Assembly: GCA_041479945.1 (NCBI GenBank)
Contig: JBGOYZ010000002.1
Coordinates: 7,472-71,471 of the forward strand
Length of the DNA stretch: 64,000 nucleotides
Source of the DNA: Thermoproteota archaeon
GTDB taxonomy: Archaea > Thermoproteota > EX4484-205 > JAAOZO01
Direction: 5' to 3'
In this document: positions 30,177 to 40,080 of the stretch, in pieces
Layout of the letters: every line of letters begins with the position of its first letter
How positions within the stretch are numbered: the first letter of the stretch is position 1
Program-made: the position numbers and the translations under genes
Notes under the pieces: model-generated
Seen by the model: only the letters and a program-made list of their open reading frames with translations
Databases searched by the model: none
What the model was told of the DNA's origin: nothing

Positions 30177-31220
30177 ATGACGCAAAGCCCCCGTATGTCG
30201 AAGAAGCCGAAGTGCTTGGTCACCGCTCACCTGACGAAGGAGGCCCTTGGCAGGCTCAGCACGCGGGTCGACGTTATCTGTGAGGACTGGAGGACAACTG
30301 GTCAAATATACTTCGGAGATGAGCTCAGCGAGAAGCTGAACAAGGAGGGCACGGAGTTCCTGATCGTGGAGGCCGACCAAGTAACCGGAGAGAACATAAG
30401 GCAGACGAACCTCAAGTTCATCGGTGCATGCAGGGGAAATCCGTACGCTGTCGACGTGGCAACCGCGACAGAGAAAGGAATACCTGTGGTTAACGCTCCG
30501 GGCAGGAACTCACAGGCAGTAGCTGAGCTCACCGTTGGGTTGATGATCGCACTGCTCAGGAAGGTAGTCGTGTCGCAGCGTGTGCTGTCCAAAGGTATAA
30601 CCTACGATACCTCGTTTGACTTCCAGCGGATGTACAACTCGCTTGAGGGCAGGGAGATATCAGGCAAGACAGTGGGGATAGTTGGACTTGGAGACATAGG
30701 CGCCCGCGTCGCGAAGATATTGCTGTCCTTTGGGGTACAGATCATAGTGTATGACCCATATGTACCTGACGACAGGATAGCATCCGTACCAGCGAGGAGA
30801 GTCACACTGGAGGAGCTGATGAGGAAGTCCGACATAGTCTCCATACATGTGAAGCTGACTGAAGAGACATCTCATATCATCGGTGAGAAGGAGATCGGGC
30901 TGATGAAGTCGTCGGCAGTCTTGGTGAACACTGCTTCTCCGGGCACCTTGGATGACTCTGCTCTGTTGAAGGCGTTGAGCGAAGGGAAAATCGCAGGTGC
31001 CGCGCTTGATACCCAGGAGAACGAGCCAGTGGACTCGTCCAACCCGTTCCTGAAGCTCGACAACGCAGTGGTGGTGCCGCACATCGGCGGGAACACGGTG
31101 GAGACGGTGGAGAGACAGTCCGAGATGATCGTCGACGACCTGTTCAGGTTCCTAGACGGTGAGAAGCCGGTCCACTTGATGAACCCGGAATTGTACTCCC
31201 CGAGCAAGTTGGTGCCGTGA
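30177..31220 (+). CDS. D-isomer-specific 2-hydroxyacid dehydrogenase (phosphoglycerate dehydrogenase-like)
   Basis: GIVGLGDIGARVA NAD-binding motif. Catalytic R/E/H framework blocks. Confidence 0.85.
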   Translation: MTQSPRMSKKPKCLVTAHLTKEALGRLSTRVDVICEDWRTTGQIYFGDELSEKLNKEGTEFLIVEADQVTGENIRQTNLKFIGACRGNPYAVDVATATEKGIPVVNAPGRNSQAVAELTVGLMIALLRKVVVSQRVLSKGITYDTSFDFQRMYNSLEGREISGKTVGIVGLGDIGARVAKILLSFGVQIIVYDPYVPDDRIASVPARRVTLEELMRKSDIVSIHVKLTEETSHIIGEKEIGLMKSSAVLVNTASPGTLDDSALLKALSEGKIAGAALDTQENEPVDSSNPFLKLDNAVVVPHIGGNTVETVERQSEMIVDDLFRFLDGEKPVHLMNPELYSPSKLVP

Positions 31221-31223
31221 CAA

Positions 31224-31952
31224 GTGATGGAGGTACTCTACGAGCGACTCACGCCGGACAAGCTGTCCGAGCGGATCAAGGAGTCACCTGTGGCCTATCT
31301 TCCCCTCGGAACACTTGAGTGGCATGGTCCACACATGCCGCTGGGTGCTGACATGATCCAACCGAGAGAGTTCTTCATCGAGTTGGCCCGGAGGGTTGGC
31401 GGCGTTGTCCTGCCCCCTCTGTTCATGGGTCCGGATGAGGTAATCAGGAAGGACGGCAGGGAGTTTTATGGGATGGACAACAACGACTTGGTGCTCGGGA
31501 GGCCGATCCAGCTGGCGGGGAGCGCCTACTGGATAGACGAGCATCTGTTCGCCGACTACCTCGATGCGATAGTCGCGCAGTTGCGTCGCGTTGGGTTCAA
31601 GATCGTCGTCGGACACGGCCACGGACCGTCAACTACGTCTTTTCTGGTTCACGCCGAGGAGTTGGAGAAGAAGCACGGCGTCAGGCTATTCACGATGTGG
31701 GGACTCTTCGACGAGCGTGAGAAAGGGTTCATGATCGATCATGGGGCTAGCAACGAGACATCGGTCCTGCTTGCCGAGAAACCGGAACTGGTCAAGATGG
31801 AGAATCTTCCGAAGGATCCGAAAGAGTGGCCACTTGGGACAGCCGGTGACGACCCAAGACGGTTCGCTTCCTTTGAAGCTGGCAGAAGCATCATCGCAGC
31901 GAATCTAGAGACCATGGAGGAAATCATCAAAGGAGCACTTCGAAGTCTCTAG
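31224..31952 (+). CDS. Creatininase-family amidohydrolase
   Basis: LPLGTLEWHGPHMPLGAD metal-binding N-terminal motif of the creatininase (PF02633) family. Confidence 0.75.
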   Translation: MMEVLYERLTPDKLSERIKESPVAYLPLGTLEWHGPHMPLGADMIQPREFFIELARRVGGVVLPPLFMGPDEVIRKDGREFYGMDNNDLVLGRPIQLAGSAYWIDEHLFADYLDAIVAQLRRVGFKIVVGHGHGPSTTSFLVHAEELEKKHGVRLFTMWGLFDEREKGFMIDHGASNETSVLLAEKPELVKMENLPKDPKEWPLGTAGDDPRRFASFEAGRSIIAANLETMEEIIKGALRSL

Positions 31953-32050
31953 ATGTGGGCTGTCTTCTTCAGGAACCGAGGTACCTTGGCACCAAGATCG
32001 CTTTTGACGCGTTGCACCAAGGCATACAGCGCGCTCTTCAATTGCATGGC

Positions 32051-33523
32051 CTATTCTGCCACAATCCAAGGGTTCTCTTTTCCTACGATTCTCCTGTAGA
32101 GCCTTTTCACGTGTCGCAGCATATGTGCCAGAAATCTCTCCTCCTCACGATACGTTCTCTGTAGGATGGAATCTCTCGAGAGAAACACATCCCTGAGTTC
32201 ATCCATTTCCTTTTTCGGGGAATACCAGATGTACATCGGGATGCCAACGGCGATCAGGACAAGCCCTGTCGTGATCTGGACGAGGGAGCATTGCGTGATC
32301 AGATAGAGCGAAGAGATAGTTCCCAACAAAGCGATAAGCGAACCACCTCTTAAGCTGGATTCTGGATTCTTGTTGTTCCTTCGGAGCGGGAAAATCGAGA
32401 GGCTGGTTGCCACGTAAGTCATAGCCAGAAAGAAGACAGAGGTCGCAATCAGCGTGCTCAAGTCCGCCACCATCGAGGCCACAAGAGCCGTGACGGCCTG
32501 GATAACGATTCCCAAGTAAGGAGTCTTGTATCTCGGGTGAACCTCCGCGAAGATTCTGGGAAACAGGCCATCAACGGCCAGCGCATATCCTAATCTCGAT
32601 GTCCCTATCATCCCCGATTCGTCCGCGCCTGCTACAGAGATCAGAGCCCCTATCCCTACGATGCTTCCACCGATCAGCGAAAGAGCAGGGCTCGCACTCA
32701 GTAGATCTCCAGTCGCTGAAGCCAAAGGAGTCGTGTCCGCAGCAAGTTGGGACCACGGTCGCACTCCGAAGAGAACCACATTGACCACTAGATAGAAGGC
32801 GGTCACGATGAGCATCCCGATTACGATGGCCTTTGGCAGAGTCTTGCGTGGGTGTTCAATCTCCCCGGCTGGTATGCTGGAGATCTCGAAGCCAGCATAG
32901 GCCCAGAATATCAGGATGAGGGCCGCCCCCGCGTTCGTGAAGCCGTATGGTGCAAATGGCGTCAGGTTGGACGCGACTGCCAACGGATTAGAGAGTATGT
33001 ACAAAAGGCCGATTCCGGAGAAGAGAACTAGCGGGGCGAGTTTGATGAAGGTCAGCGCGTCGTTCAATCTGCCCGCCGCCTTGACGCCTACGACGTTCGT
33101 GACTATTAGGAATGCTACATACAGCACCTTGACAATCGTTTGCTGTGTCCAGTCGAGGTTGGGCAAGAAGAACATCAGGTACCGAACAAATGCTATCGGA
33201 AAAACGGCCAGCGATGTCCATTCGGCAAGCCAAAGTGACCAGCCCACGAGAAATCCCGCAAACGGCCCCCATGCTTTCCTAGCGTAAGCGTAAGGCCCAC
33301 CGGTTCTAGGGAGCAGAGTTGCGCATAGGGCAAAACACAGTGCGATCACTATGCTTATGATGCCAGCCATGACCCATATCAAGAGTGACGACGGGCCAAG
33401 GTAGGCGGCTCCGAACGATGAGACCACGTAGATGTCTGCACCTATTGTGGCCCCCACCACTAGATTCGTGGTATCGAAAAGAGTGAGCTGCGACCGGAGT
33501 CTGACCTTAGGAGCCTCTCCCAA
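32051..33523 (-). CDS. APC-superfamily amino acid permease
   Basis: 12 TM helices and N-terminal APC consensus (GATIGADIYVV). Confidence 0.8.
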   Translation of the reverse strand: MGEAPKVRLRSQLTLFDTTNLVVGATIGADIYVVSSFGAAYLGPSSLLIWVMAGIISIVIALCFALCATLLPRTGGPYAYARKAWGPFAGFLVGWSLWLAEWTSLAVFPIAFVRYLMFFLPNLDWTQQTIVKVLYVAFLIVTNVVGVKAAGRLNDALTFIKLAPLVLFSGIGLLYILSNPLAVASNLTPFAPYGFTNAGAALILIFWAYAGFEISSIPAGEIEHPRKTLPKAIVIGMLIVTAFYLVVNVVLFGVRPWSQLAADTTPLASATGDLLSASPALSLIGGSIVGIGALISVAGADESGMIGTSRLGYALAVDGLFPRIFAEVHPRYKTPYLGIVIQAVTALVASMVADLSTLIATSVFFLAMTYVATSLSIFPLRRNNKNPESSLRGGSLIALLGTISSLYLITQCSLVQITTGLVLIAVGIPMYIWYSPKKEMDELRDVFLSRDSILQRTYREEERFLAHMLRHVKRLYRRIVGKENPWIVAE

Positions 33524-33686
33524 CCTTGCGGCATCTTGATACGGAGCCGAAATATGCTTTCACGAACTGTCCACCTTGCTTGTCCTCACTCATAGCGCCC
33601 GGTAAGTCTGAGTCAGAACCACGGTCCTCATGAAACGGACAGCATAGCACCTTCGCTTGACCCCTTCTGCGTTTCTGTCGTGGGAA

Positions 33687-34532
33687 CTAGGCTTGCTTGC
33701 TCTTGAAGAACAGCAACACTACGTAAGCCAAGCTGGACAACAAGCCGATCGTCCCTGATGAGGGAAGGTTGATCACCGCTGAGATCAACAACCCAGCCAA
33801 ACCGAACGCCAATGCGATGACGAAGGAAGCAAGCAGCATTCTGTCCAGTCTCTTCGTCAGAAGGGCCGCGATGGCCGCAGGAGGCATTATGGCTGCGTGA
33901 ACTAGAAGCGCTCCCATTGTTCTGGCGACCACGGCCCCTGAAGCAGCTATCAGTGAGAAGAGAAAGTATGTGTAGAATCTCACGTTGAGACCCAGCTGGG
34001 CTGCCCCCTCCGGGTCAAACACGATGTACGTGAACTCTTTCCTGAACAGAAGGATCGAGAACAGAGTCGCGATGGAGATGAAGGCCAGCAAGGCGATGTC
34101 GTTCCAGGTGAGGAGCAGGAGGTCACTCACGAGGAAGCCGTCGATGCGGGCCGCCATCTCGCTCGAACCTAGCCCCTTTATGAAGGCGTAGATTGCCACT
34201 GACAGGGCCAGGATAGATCCCAACACGACGCCAGCTCTCTCTGTCTCCGCTCCCTCGCCTGCTCGAGCGATCAGGAGCGTTGTCAACAAATTGAAGGCGA
34301 GAGCGAATATCAGAGGGTCTATTCCGATGTTCAAAACGCTCCCGAGGAAGATCCCGATAGCGGCTCCCGCCAATGCCGCATGCGACACTTCGGCTGGCAT
34401 GTACCCCAAGCCCTTGAAATTCGAGAAGATCACAGGCAGAGTCGCCAAGCCCGAGAAGACTATGCCGAGGATGGCTCTGATCATGAACGGTTCCATCAAG
34501 ATGTCGAGCAAGCTAACCATGGTGGGTGTCAC
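33687..34532 (-). CDS. Metal (Zn/Mn) ABC transporter permease (ABC-3 family)
   Basis: About 8 TM helices with ZnuB/TroC-like organisation. Lies in an operon with an ATPase and an SBP. Confidence 0.8.
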   Translation of the reverse strand: MTPTMVSLLDILMEPFMIRAILGIVFSGLATLPVIFSNFKGLGYMPAEVSHAALAGAAIGIFLGSVLNIGIDPLIFALAFNLLTTLLIARAGEGAETERAGVVLGSILALSVAIYAFIKGLGSSEMAARIDGFLVSDLLLLTWNDIALLAFISIATLFSILLFRKEFTYIVFDPEGAAQLGLNVRFYTYFLFSLIAASGAVVARTMGALLVHAAIMPPAAIAALLTKRLDRMLLASFVIALAFGLAGLLISAVINLPSSGTIGLLSSLAYVVLLFFKSKQA

Positions 34533-35319
34533 CTGTCATTGTGTAGCACACTCCGGCGAAATTGAGAACCCTAGAACCGGGTCCGTACGCCTCTTCCAGA
34601 GCCTCTTGGGTCAGTGCCTCAAGCGGAGGTCCGTACGAGATCAGCCTATTCTTCAGCAGTAGAAGGACATCGATGTGCTCCGACAGGATGTTGAAGTCGT
34701 GAACCACCATCAGAATGCTTATTCCCTTCTCTGCGTTCAGCTCTTCGAGCAATCCTATTATGCTCTTCTGACCTCTCGCATCGACTCCGATGAAAGGTTC
34801 GTCGAGGAATAGAACCTTGGGATTCGAGGCAAGCGCCCTGGCTATCATCACTCTCTGCCGCTGCCCGCCGCTGAGTTCGTTGAGGAGCTTCCCTTCCAGG
34901 TCGCCTGAACCGACCATCTTGAGAACACTGCTGGTCTGCCTCAGGTCGTCTGCAGTCGTGATTCTGGGCAGGCCCTTCCTTATCTGGATCCCCATCTCAA
35001 CGACATCCCTAACCTCAAGGGGAACCTCCGTTGAGACTCTCTCCTTCTGAGGCACATAGCCGACAATGCTCCTCACCTTCTCCTGATCGACCAGAGGGTC
35101 ATAGCCCAGTATCCGCACAGATCCCTTGAGCGGCCTCAGCATTCCCAGCATGGCCTTCAGCAGCGTGGTCTTTCCGGATCCATTCGGTCCTAGTATCACG
35201 GCGAAGGAAGGATGTCTGATCTCAAACGTCACGTCGGTGAGAGCGACGTTTCCATCATAGGCCACCGTGAGCGATTCCGCTCTTATGGAGTTAGTATTGA
35301 GAGCTTCACCAGCAGACAT
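34513..35319 (-). CDS. Metal ABC transporter ATP-binding protein
   Basis: Walker A GPNGSGKTT, signature LSGGQRQR, Walker B LFLDEP. Confidence 0.85.
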   Translation of the reverse strand: MSAGEALNTNSIRAESLTVAYDGNVALTDVTFEIRHPSFAVILGPNGSGKTTLLKAMLGMLRPLKGSVRILGYDPLVDQEKVRSIVGYVPQKERVSTEVPLEVRDVVEMGIQIRKGLPRITTADDLRQTSSVLKMVGSGDLEGKLLNELSGGQRQRVMIARALASNPKVLFLDEPFIGVDARGQKSIIGLLEELNAEKGISILMVVHDFNILSEHIDVLLLLKNRLISYGPPLEALTQEALEEAYGPGSRVLNFAGVCYTMTGDTHHG

Positions 35320-36415
35320 CAGTCAAGAAGCTGCACAGTTCCCTATCATATATCCGTTTTGCGGGTGTGACCGCAGGTCGGTTCAGAAGGCCAGCGCCCC
35401 TTTTTGTGAGGAAATAGTACTCCAGAGTCGCTATGCCTAGGAGCAACGCAATGATGGCGAGCAACGGCAGATCCAGCGAGCTCAAGCCGGACGAGGCGGA
35501 GTTCGTCGGCAGCATGAATCCAGTCTCCAACGCTCCCCCATTGTACATCAGCAGTGAGTCAAAGGAAGGGCTCGGGATGGCGGTCAGTACGACTATCGGG
35601 ATTCCCGCTTCTGAGGATATCGCCTTTGCCGATTCGAATATGCTCATGAGTTGTGTCAGGTCTGAAGTGACGATGAGTGTGTACTTTCCAGTCTTTAGGT
35701 TGGTGACGATGGACTGCATGCGCGACGCAGAGAGTGTGATCTCCTCGCTGGATCCGACGAGGGACTCCCCGACCTCAAGAGAGAAAGGTGCGACCAGATA
35801 CTGCTCCTCTGGAAATATTATGAGCACTTTGCGATTGTACTGCTTGAGATCATCTGAGATCACAGATATTCTCGTCGTCAGACCCCCCATCCTAGTGACT
35901 ATGTCTTGATAGTTCTGTTCCAGTGCCTGCGCGAATTCTGGCCTGAGCGCTGCCAACCTGTCCTTCACAGCTCTGGCTATGGCCAGGTAATTCTCGGGCA
36001 AATACCAAAAACCATGCAGATTGACGCCTGTTTCATTGGGGAGCGTCAGCCATCTGATCTTATCCGGGAAGTCATGAACCAGGTCAATGGTGACATTCTT
36101 CTCAGACATCCCCTTAGAGAGGGCTACCTGCTGGGCAAGGTCGAGCTCCCAACTCAAGTGTCCCGAGATGACAATGATGTCGGCTTGGCTGGCCTCGGCA
36201 ACCAAGGCAGGCGAAAGAGAGTATTCATGCGGCTCTACATTGGGCGGCAACAATTCAACCAGCTCGATCACGTTGCGCCCAACGTCCTCGACCGGAGCCG
36301 CGATCATACCATACGACACAGCAACTCGGATCTTTGCCGCTTCGGCATTGGGTGTTGGCAACATCGCTGCTGTCAGAAGGACCAGAAGAAATGGTATCGC
36401 TTTCACAGGCTCCAT
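35306..36415 (-). CDS. Metal ABC transporter substrate-binding protein (ZnuA/TroA-like)
   Basis: N-terminal signal peptide and cluster A-I SBP architecture. Co-operonic with the ABC-3 permease and ATPase. Confidence 0.7.
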   Translation of the reverse strand: MEPVKAIPFLLVLLTAAMLPTPNAEAAKIRVAVSYGMIAAPVEDVGRNVIELVELLPPNVEPHEYSLSPALVAEASQADIIVISGHLSWELDLAQQVALSKGMSEKNVTIDLVHDFPDKIRWLTLPNETGVNLHGFWYLPENYLAIARAVKDRLAALRPEFAQALEQNYQDIVTRMGGLTTRISVISDDLKQYNRKVLIIFPEEQYLVAPFSLEVGESLVGSSEEITLSASRMQSIVTNLKTGKYTLIVTSDLTQLMSIFESAKAISSEAGIPIVVLTAIPSPSFDSLLMYNGGALETGFMLPTNSASSGLSSLDLPLLAIIALLLGIATLEYYFLTKRGAGLLNRPAVTPAKRIYDRELCSFLTDVCW

Positions 36416-36610
36416 ACTTTACTCAGCTCTTGGGAATGTGCGCGACTCTTTCTGTCATTGCATGACACTTAAGTCTTGTTTCTTTGATCTCTGGTTGTCC
36501 CCGTCGTTGAGGTGCGTCAACACCTAAGTCGCCCACTCGCGAACACGATGCCTTCAACATACGTCGGGCAGGAAATGAGTGCACGATACTGGTCACGTCA
36601 GGTGGCAACC

Positions 36611-36618
36611 TTAAATAA
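36611..36618 (+). promoter_or_regulatory. TATA box TTAAATAA upstream of the surface-protein gene
   Basis: 27 bp upstream of the ATG at 36639. Confidence 0.45.
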
Positions 36619-36638
36619 GATTGTCAGGATGCCTCAAC

Positions 36639-38843
36639 ATGCCGCGTAAGCTACTCGCACTGGTAATAGCGTTGGCACTCGTACTGCAATGCTCGGCCGC
36701 TGTGGTTGCCGAGGACGTGACACCGGTCTTCGTAGATCATCTGGATGGTTCGTCCACGGGCAATGACAATGCGAGGGTGGCCTTCGTATCAGGTCATCAG
36801 GGACTTGCTGCCCAATTCACGTCCGACGACAGCTACATCAGGTACAGTGGCTCAATCCTGTCTTCGGATCAGGGAGCGATAGAGTTCTACTGGAAGCCAC
36901 CTGCGGACATATATGGCCTCTACTCCTACAGACATCAAGGTTGGACCAACTACTCCAAGAACGCTCCCCCAAGCAACGGTTTCCTGCTGGATAACGTTGG
37001 CTGGAAGCCGGCGTCCAAAGGATCATTCTGTGTGTTGCTTCAACCAGTTGTGTCGCTCACGGCAGAATCAACTGGCTCGACCTTGGTTATGAATATGTGG
37101 AATGGCAGCACGTGGTACCGCGCCAGCGCCACTCGCAGCAGTTGCCCCACGATCATCAGCGCCGAGGTAAGCGGCTCGAAGGCAACGCTCTCCTGGAATT
37201 CAACCTACCCCATATGGCTGTGGGATCCGAACACTTGGTATATGATAACAGTGACTTGGGGGCCGAACGGGAATATCCTCTACGTCAACGGACGGGAATG
37301 GGCGAGGAGTGGGCATACCGGCCAGATATGCACTTCCGGGAGTTTCTCCTTGGGGCAGGATCCGACGAATCAGACGCACGCCAACGCCTATTGGCCCTAT
37401 GGGCCGCACAGTATGTTGGGAACCTACGACGAGCTGAAGGTGTACGACAGACAAATAGTCCCCTCTGCCGCGGACCCTGACGTGTCAAGTCCGTCCGGCT
37501 ACACAGTATCCTACGGGACAAGTTCAAAGAGCTACACGAACTCGGTCGATTTCGGCGACGTGACCAGCTGCGAGTTGTCGTTGCAGGCAGGTACCTACTA
37601 CTTGGTGATCACTCCTAGGACGACCACAGGCTTCGTTGGCCTGAAGTCTGGGGAAGTCACTGTAACTATCGCGAGCCATCCCGCAGTGTCGCTCGTGGCT
37701 GACCTTGAACTTCCAGAGAGCATCTGGGTCAAGGGCCCTTATGTGTACATCTTGGAGAATGCCGGAAGAGATTCGGTCTATCGTGGAAAGATCTGCCTTG
37801 ACAGATATGATGTCATAGCAGGCGAGAATATCGTGGTGGTGAACAACTCCCGAAATTCTAGGACGGTCGCCGTCGCGAGCGATGGCAAGATCTACTTAGC
37901 GGCATACGTTGGGTACATACCGGGGGAGAACGGATCTGTGAGCGTCGTAGATCCCGAGACCAACACGGAAACGCCTCTCCTCGACATTGAGATCGCGGCG
38001 ACAGACATATTCATCGATTCCAATGGCGACATCCTCGTCATAGGCTCAAGCTACGAGGCCGACGCCAAGAGCATCTACTTGCTACCAGCGGGCGACTACA
38101 CGCATCCGCGCGTCCTGAAAGAGGGCTTGGGAGTAGCCTGGTGCGTATCCAAGATGGGGAACTACGTCTACTTCTCAGACCAAGTAGCGATCAAGAGGTT
38201 CGATATCAGCGGCGGGGCGACTGAGACATTCCTCAACAAGCCAGTGATGTCAATCACGTTCAGCTCAGAGTACCTCTACTATGCCGACTACTTCCAAGGG
38301 ACCATCGGACGGGTCGGACTGACAACTCGTACTGACGAGACGATTCTGTCTGGGCTGAACCATGTTATGTGTGTCCGATATGACGATTCCTCTGGCTGGC
38401 TCTATTTCATAGAGGGCGGGACGAATGCGAACCACTACAAAGACGGTGCCCTGAAGGTGCTGCAGCTGGTCTCCGCACACAAGGTCGAAGTGACGAGTCA
38501 ATACGGGATCACATCCGGCCAAGGCTACTACCAGAGCGGAAAGACAGCCACAGTGACCGTGTCGCCGACAACTATCCAAAAAGATATCTTCTCCAACTGC
38601 ATTTTCGAGGGCTGGAAGGCGGGAGGGATCACTGTCTCCTCTTCAGCCACATACTCGTTCACAGTTGCTCAGTCGGTGTCGCTGACCGCGAGTTGGAAGA
38701 CGGAACTCAACCTCGTGATTGTCGGTGGCTTGGCAGCAGGTATCCTGGTGGTCGTGGTAGTGGTGGCGGTCTTGGTTCTCCGAAGACCAAAAGCTGCTAT
38801 CACGACGGCACCTCCCTCGCCACCCACAATGCCGCCGACATGA
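36639..38843 (+). CDS. Large cell-surface protein: signal peptide, LamG-like (concanavalin-type) domain, Ig/FN3-like region, beta-propeller-like repeats, C-terminal TM anchor with Pro/Thr-rich tail
   Basis: Signal peptide MPRKLLALVIALALVLQCSAA. Laminin_G_3-like ending GTYDELKVYDRQIVP. C-terminal hydrophobic LVIVGGLAAGILVVVVVVAVLVL followed by RRPK...PPSPPTMPPT. Promoter box TTAAATAA lies 27 bp upstream of the ATG. Confidence 0.6.
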   Translation: MPRKLLALVIALALVLQCSAAVVAEDVTPVFVDHLDGSSTGNDNARVAFVSGHQGLAAQFTSDDSYIRYSGSILSSDQGAIEFYWKPPADIYGLYSYRHQGWTNYSKNAPPSNGFLLDNVGWKPASKGSFCVLLQPVVSLTAESTGSTLVMNMWNGSTWYRASATRSSCPTIISAEVSGSKATLSWNSTYPIWLWDPNTWYMITVTWGPNGNILYVNGREWARSGHTGQICTSGSFSLGQDPTNQTHANAYWPYGPHSMLGTYDELKVYDRQIVPSAADPDVSSPSGYTVSYGTSSKSYTNSVDFGDVTSCELSLQAGTYYLVITPRTTTGFVGLKSGEVTVTIASHPAVSLVADLELPESIWVKGPYVYILENAGRDSVYRGKICLDRYDVIAGENIVVVNNSRNSRTVAVASDGKIYLAAYVGYIPGENGSVSVVDPETNTETPLLDIEIAATDIFIDSNGDILVIGSSYEADAKSIYLLPAGDYTHPRVLKEGLGVAWCVSKMGNYVYFSDQVAIKRFDISGGATETFLNKPVMSITFSSEYLYYADYFQGTIGRVGLTTRTDETILSGLNHVMCVRYDDSSGWLYFIEGGTNANHYKDGALKVLQLVSAHKVEVTSQYGITSGQGYYQSGKTATVTVSPTTIQKDIFSNCIFEGWKAGGITVSSSATYSFTVAQSVSLTASWKTELNLVIVGGLAAGILVVVVVVAVLVLRRPKAAITTAPPSPPTMPPT

Positions 38844-38954
38844 CGTGAAATCCGGAATCTGACTGCTGATCTGCCGTTTTCTGGACAACGCATATATACC
38901 ACCCGCTTGCTGCGCCCGCAATTGGAGTCTGTGAGCAACAAATTATTCGGAAGG

Positions 38955-38986
38955 CTTAAATAACGGTTCCGATATCGTTTCCGATA
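38955..38986 (+). promoter_or_regulatory. TATA box TTAAATAA followed by direct repeat TTCCGATAT x2 (putative operator) upstream of the ABC-2 transporter operon
   Basis: TTAAATAA at 38955..38962. TTCCGATAT at 38966..38974 and 38978..38986. The first copy contains the perfect palindrome CGATATCG. Confidence 0.4.
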
Positions 38987-39053
38987 TAGAACTAGGCAAA
39001 GGTGTTGCAGTTGAGTGACAAGAAGGGGATCATAGTCAAGGGGCGAAGCGCAG

Positions 39054-40058
39054 ATGCCATCGATCATTGAGACAAAGGACTTGACGAAAGTCTTCGGTGG
39101 AAAGGTCAGAGCCGTAGACGGTGTTTCTTTTGAAGTTGAAAAGGGCGAAGTGTTTGGCCTGCTTGGGCCGAATGGTGCTGGGAAATCCACCCTCATACGG
39201 ATGCTCTGCACCTTGACGCGACCAACCAGCGGTACCGCAACGGTTGCAGGTTTCGATGTTGTTCAGGAGGCAAATGAGGTCAGAAAGCACATTGGGCTCG
39301 TCGCAGAAAAGATGATCTTGTATAACCACCTGACGGCCTTCGAAAACCTGATGCTTTTTGGAAAGCTCCATGATATCCCGAAGGAGATACTCGGCAAGAG
39401 AATCGATGAGCTTCTGGAGCTGGTTCAAATGACAAAGTGGAGAAATAGTAGGGTGGGAAACTTCTCAAGCGGCATGAAGCAAAGAGTCAACGTAGTCCGT
39501 GGGCTGCTCCACATGCCTGAGGTGCTCTTTTTGGACGAACCCACTCTAGGGCTTGATCCTCAGTCAAGTCTGGAAATCAGGCAATTGACCAAGAGGCTCA
39601 ACGAAGAGCAAGGCATTACGGTGATCCTTACGACGCACTACATGGAGGAAGCGGACGCTCTCTCAGATAAGATAGCCCTGATTGATCACGGGAAGATTGC
39701 GGCCCTTGACACACCTGCCGAACTGAAAAGGAGAGTCTCTGGGTCGGATACAGTCGTCTTGGAACTGAAGGTGCCTAATCTGACTCCCGAGCTCATATCG
39801 GGAATCAGGTCTCTGGCATGTGTCAACGAAGTATTGACTGAAGACACGACGGAGCTGAGGATCTACGCGAAGGGCAAAGAAGCCATTGACGATGTCATAG
39901 ACGAAGTGCGTTCTAGGAAGGGCGAGATAGCTTACATCAAGAACATCGAGCCAACCCTAGATGATGCCTATCTTCAGATAACCGGACGGAGGGCGGAGAT
40001 GAACGTGGTGCGCGAGGGTGCTAGCGCGAGGCCTAGATTTCGTCACGGAGGATTCTGA
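39054..40058 (+). CDS. ABC transporter ATP-binding protein (ABC-2/DrrA-like)
   Basis: Walker A GPNGAGKST, signature FSSGMKQR, Walker B LFLDEPTLGLD. Confidence 0.85.
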   Translation: MPSIIETKDLTKVFGGKVRAVDGVSFEVEKGEVFGLLGPNGAGKSTLIRMLCTLTRPTSGTATVAGFDVVQEANEVRKHIGLVAEKMILYNHLTAFENLMLFGKLHDIPKEILGKRIDELLELVQMTKWRNSRVGNFSSGMKQRVNVVRGLLHMPEVLFLDEPTLGLDPQSSLEIRQLTKRLNEEQGITVILTTHYMEEADALSDKIALIDHGKIAALDTPAELKRRVSGSDTVVLELKVPNLTPELISGIRSLACVNEVLTEDTTELRIYAKGKEAIDDVIDEVRSRKGEIAYIKNIEPTLDDAYLQITGRRAEMNVVREGASARPRFRHGGF

Positions 40059-40080
40059 GGTGTGAGGAGGTGACAGGACA

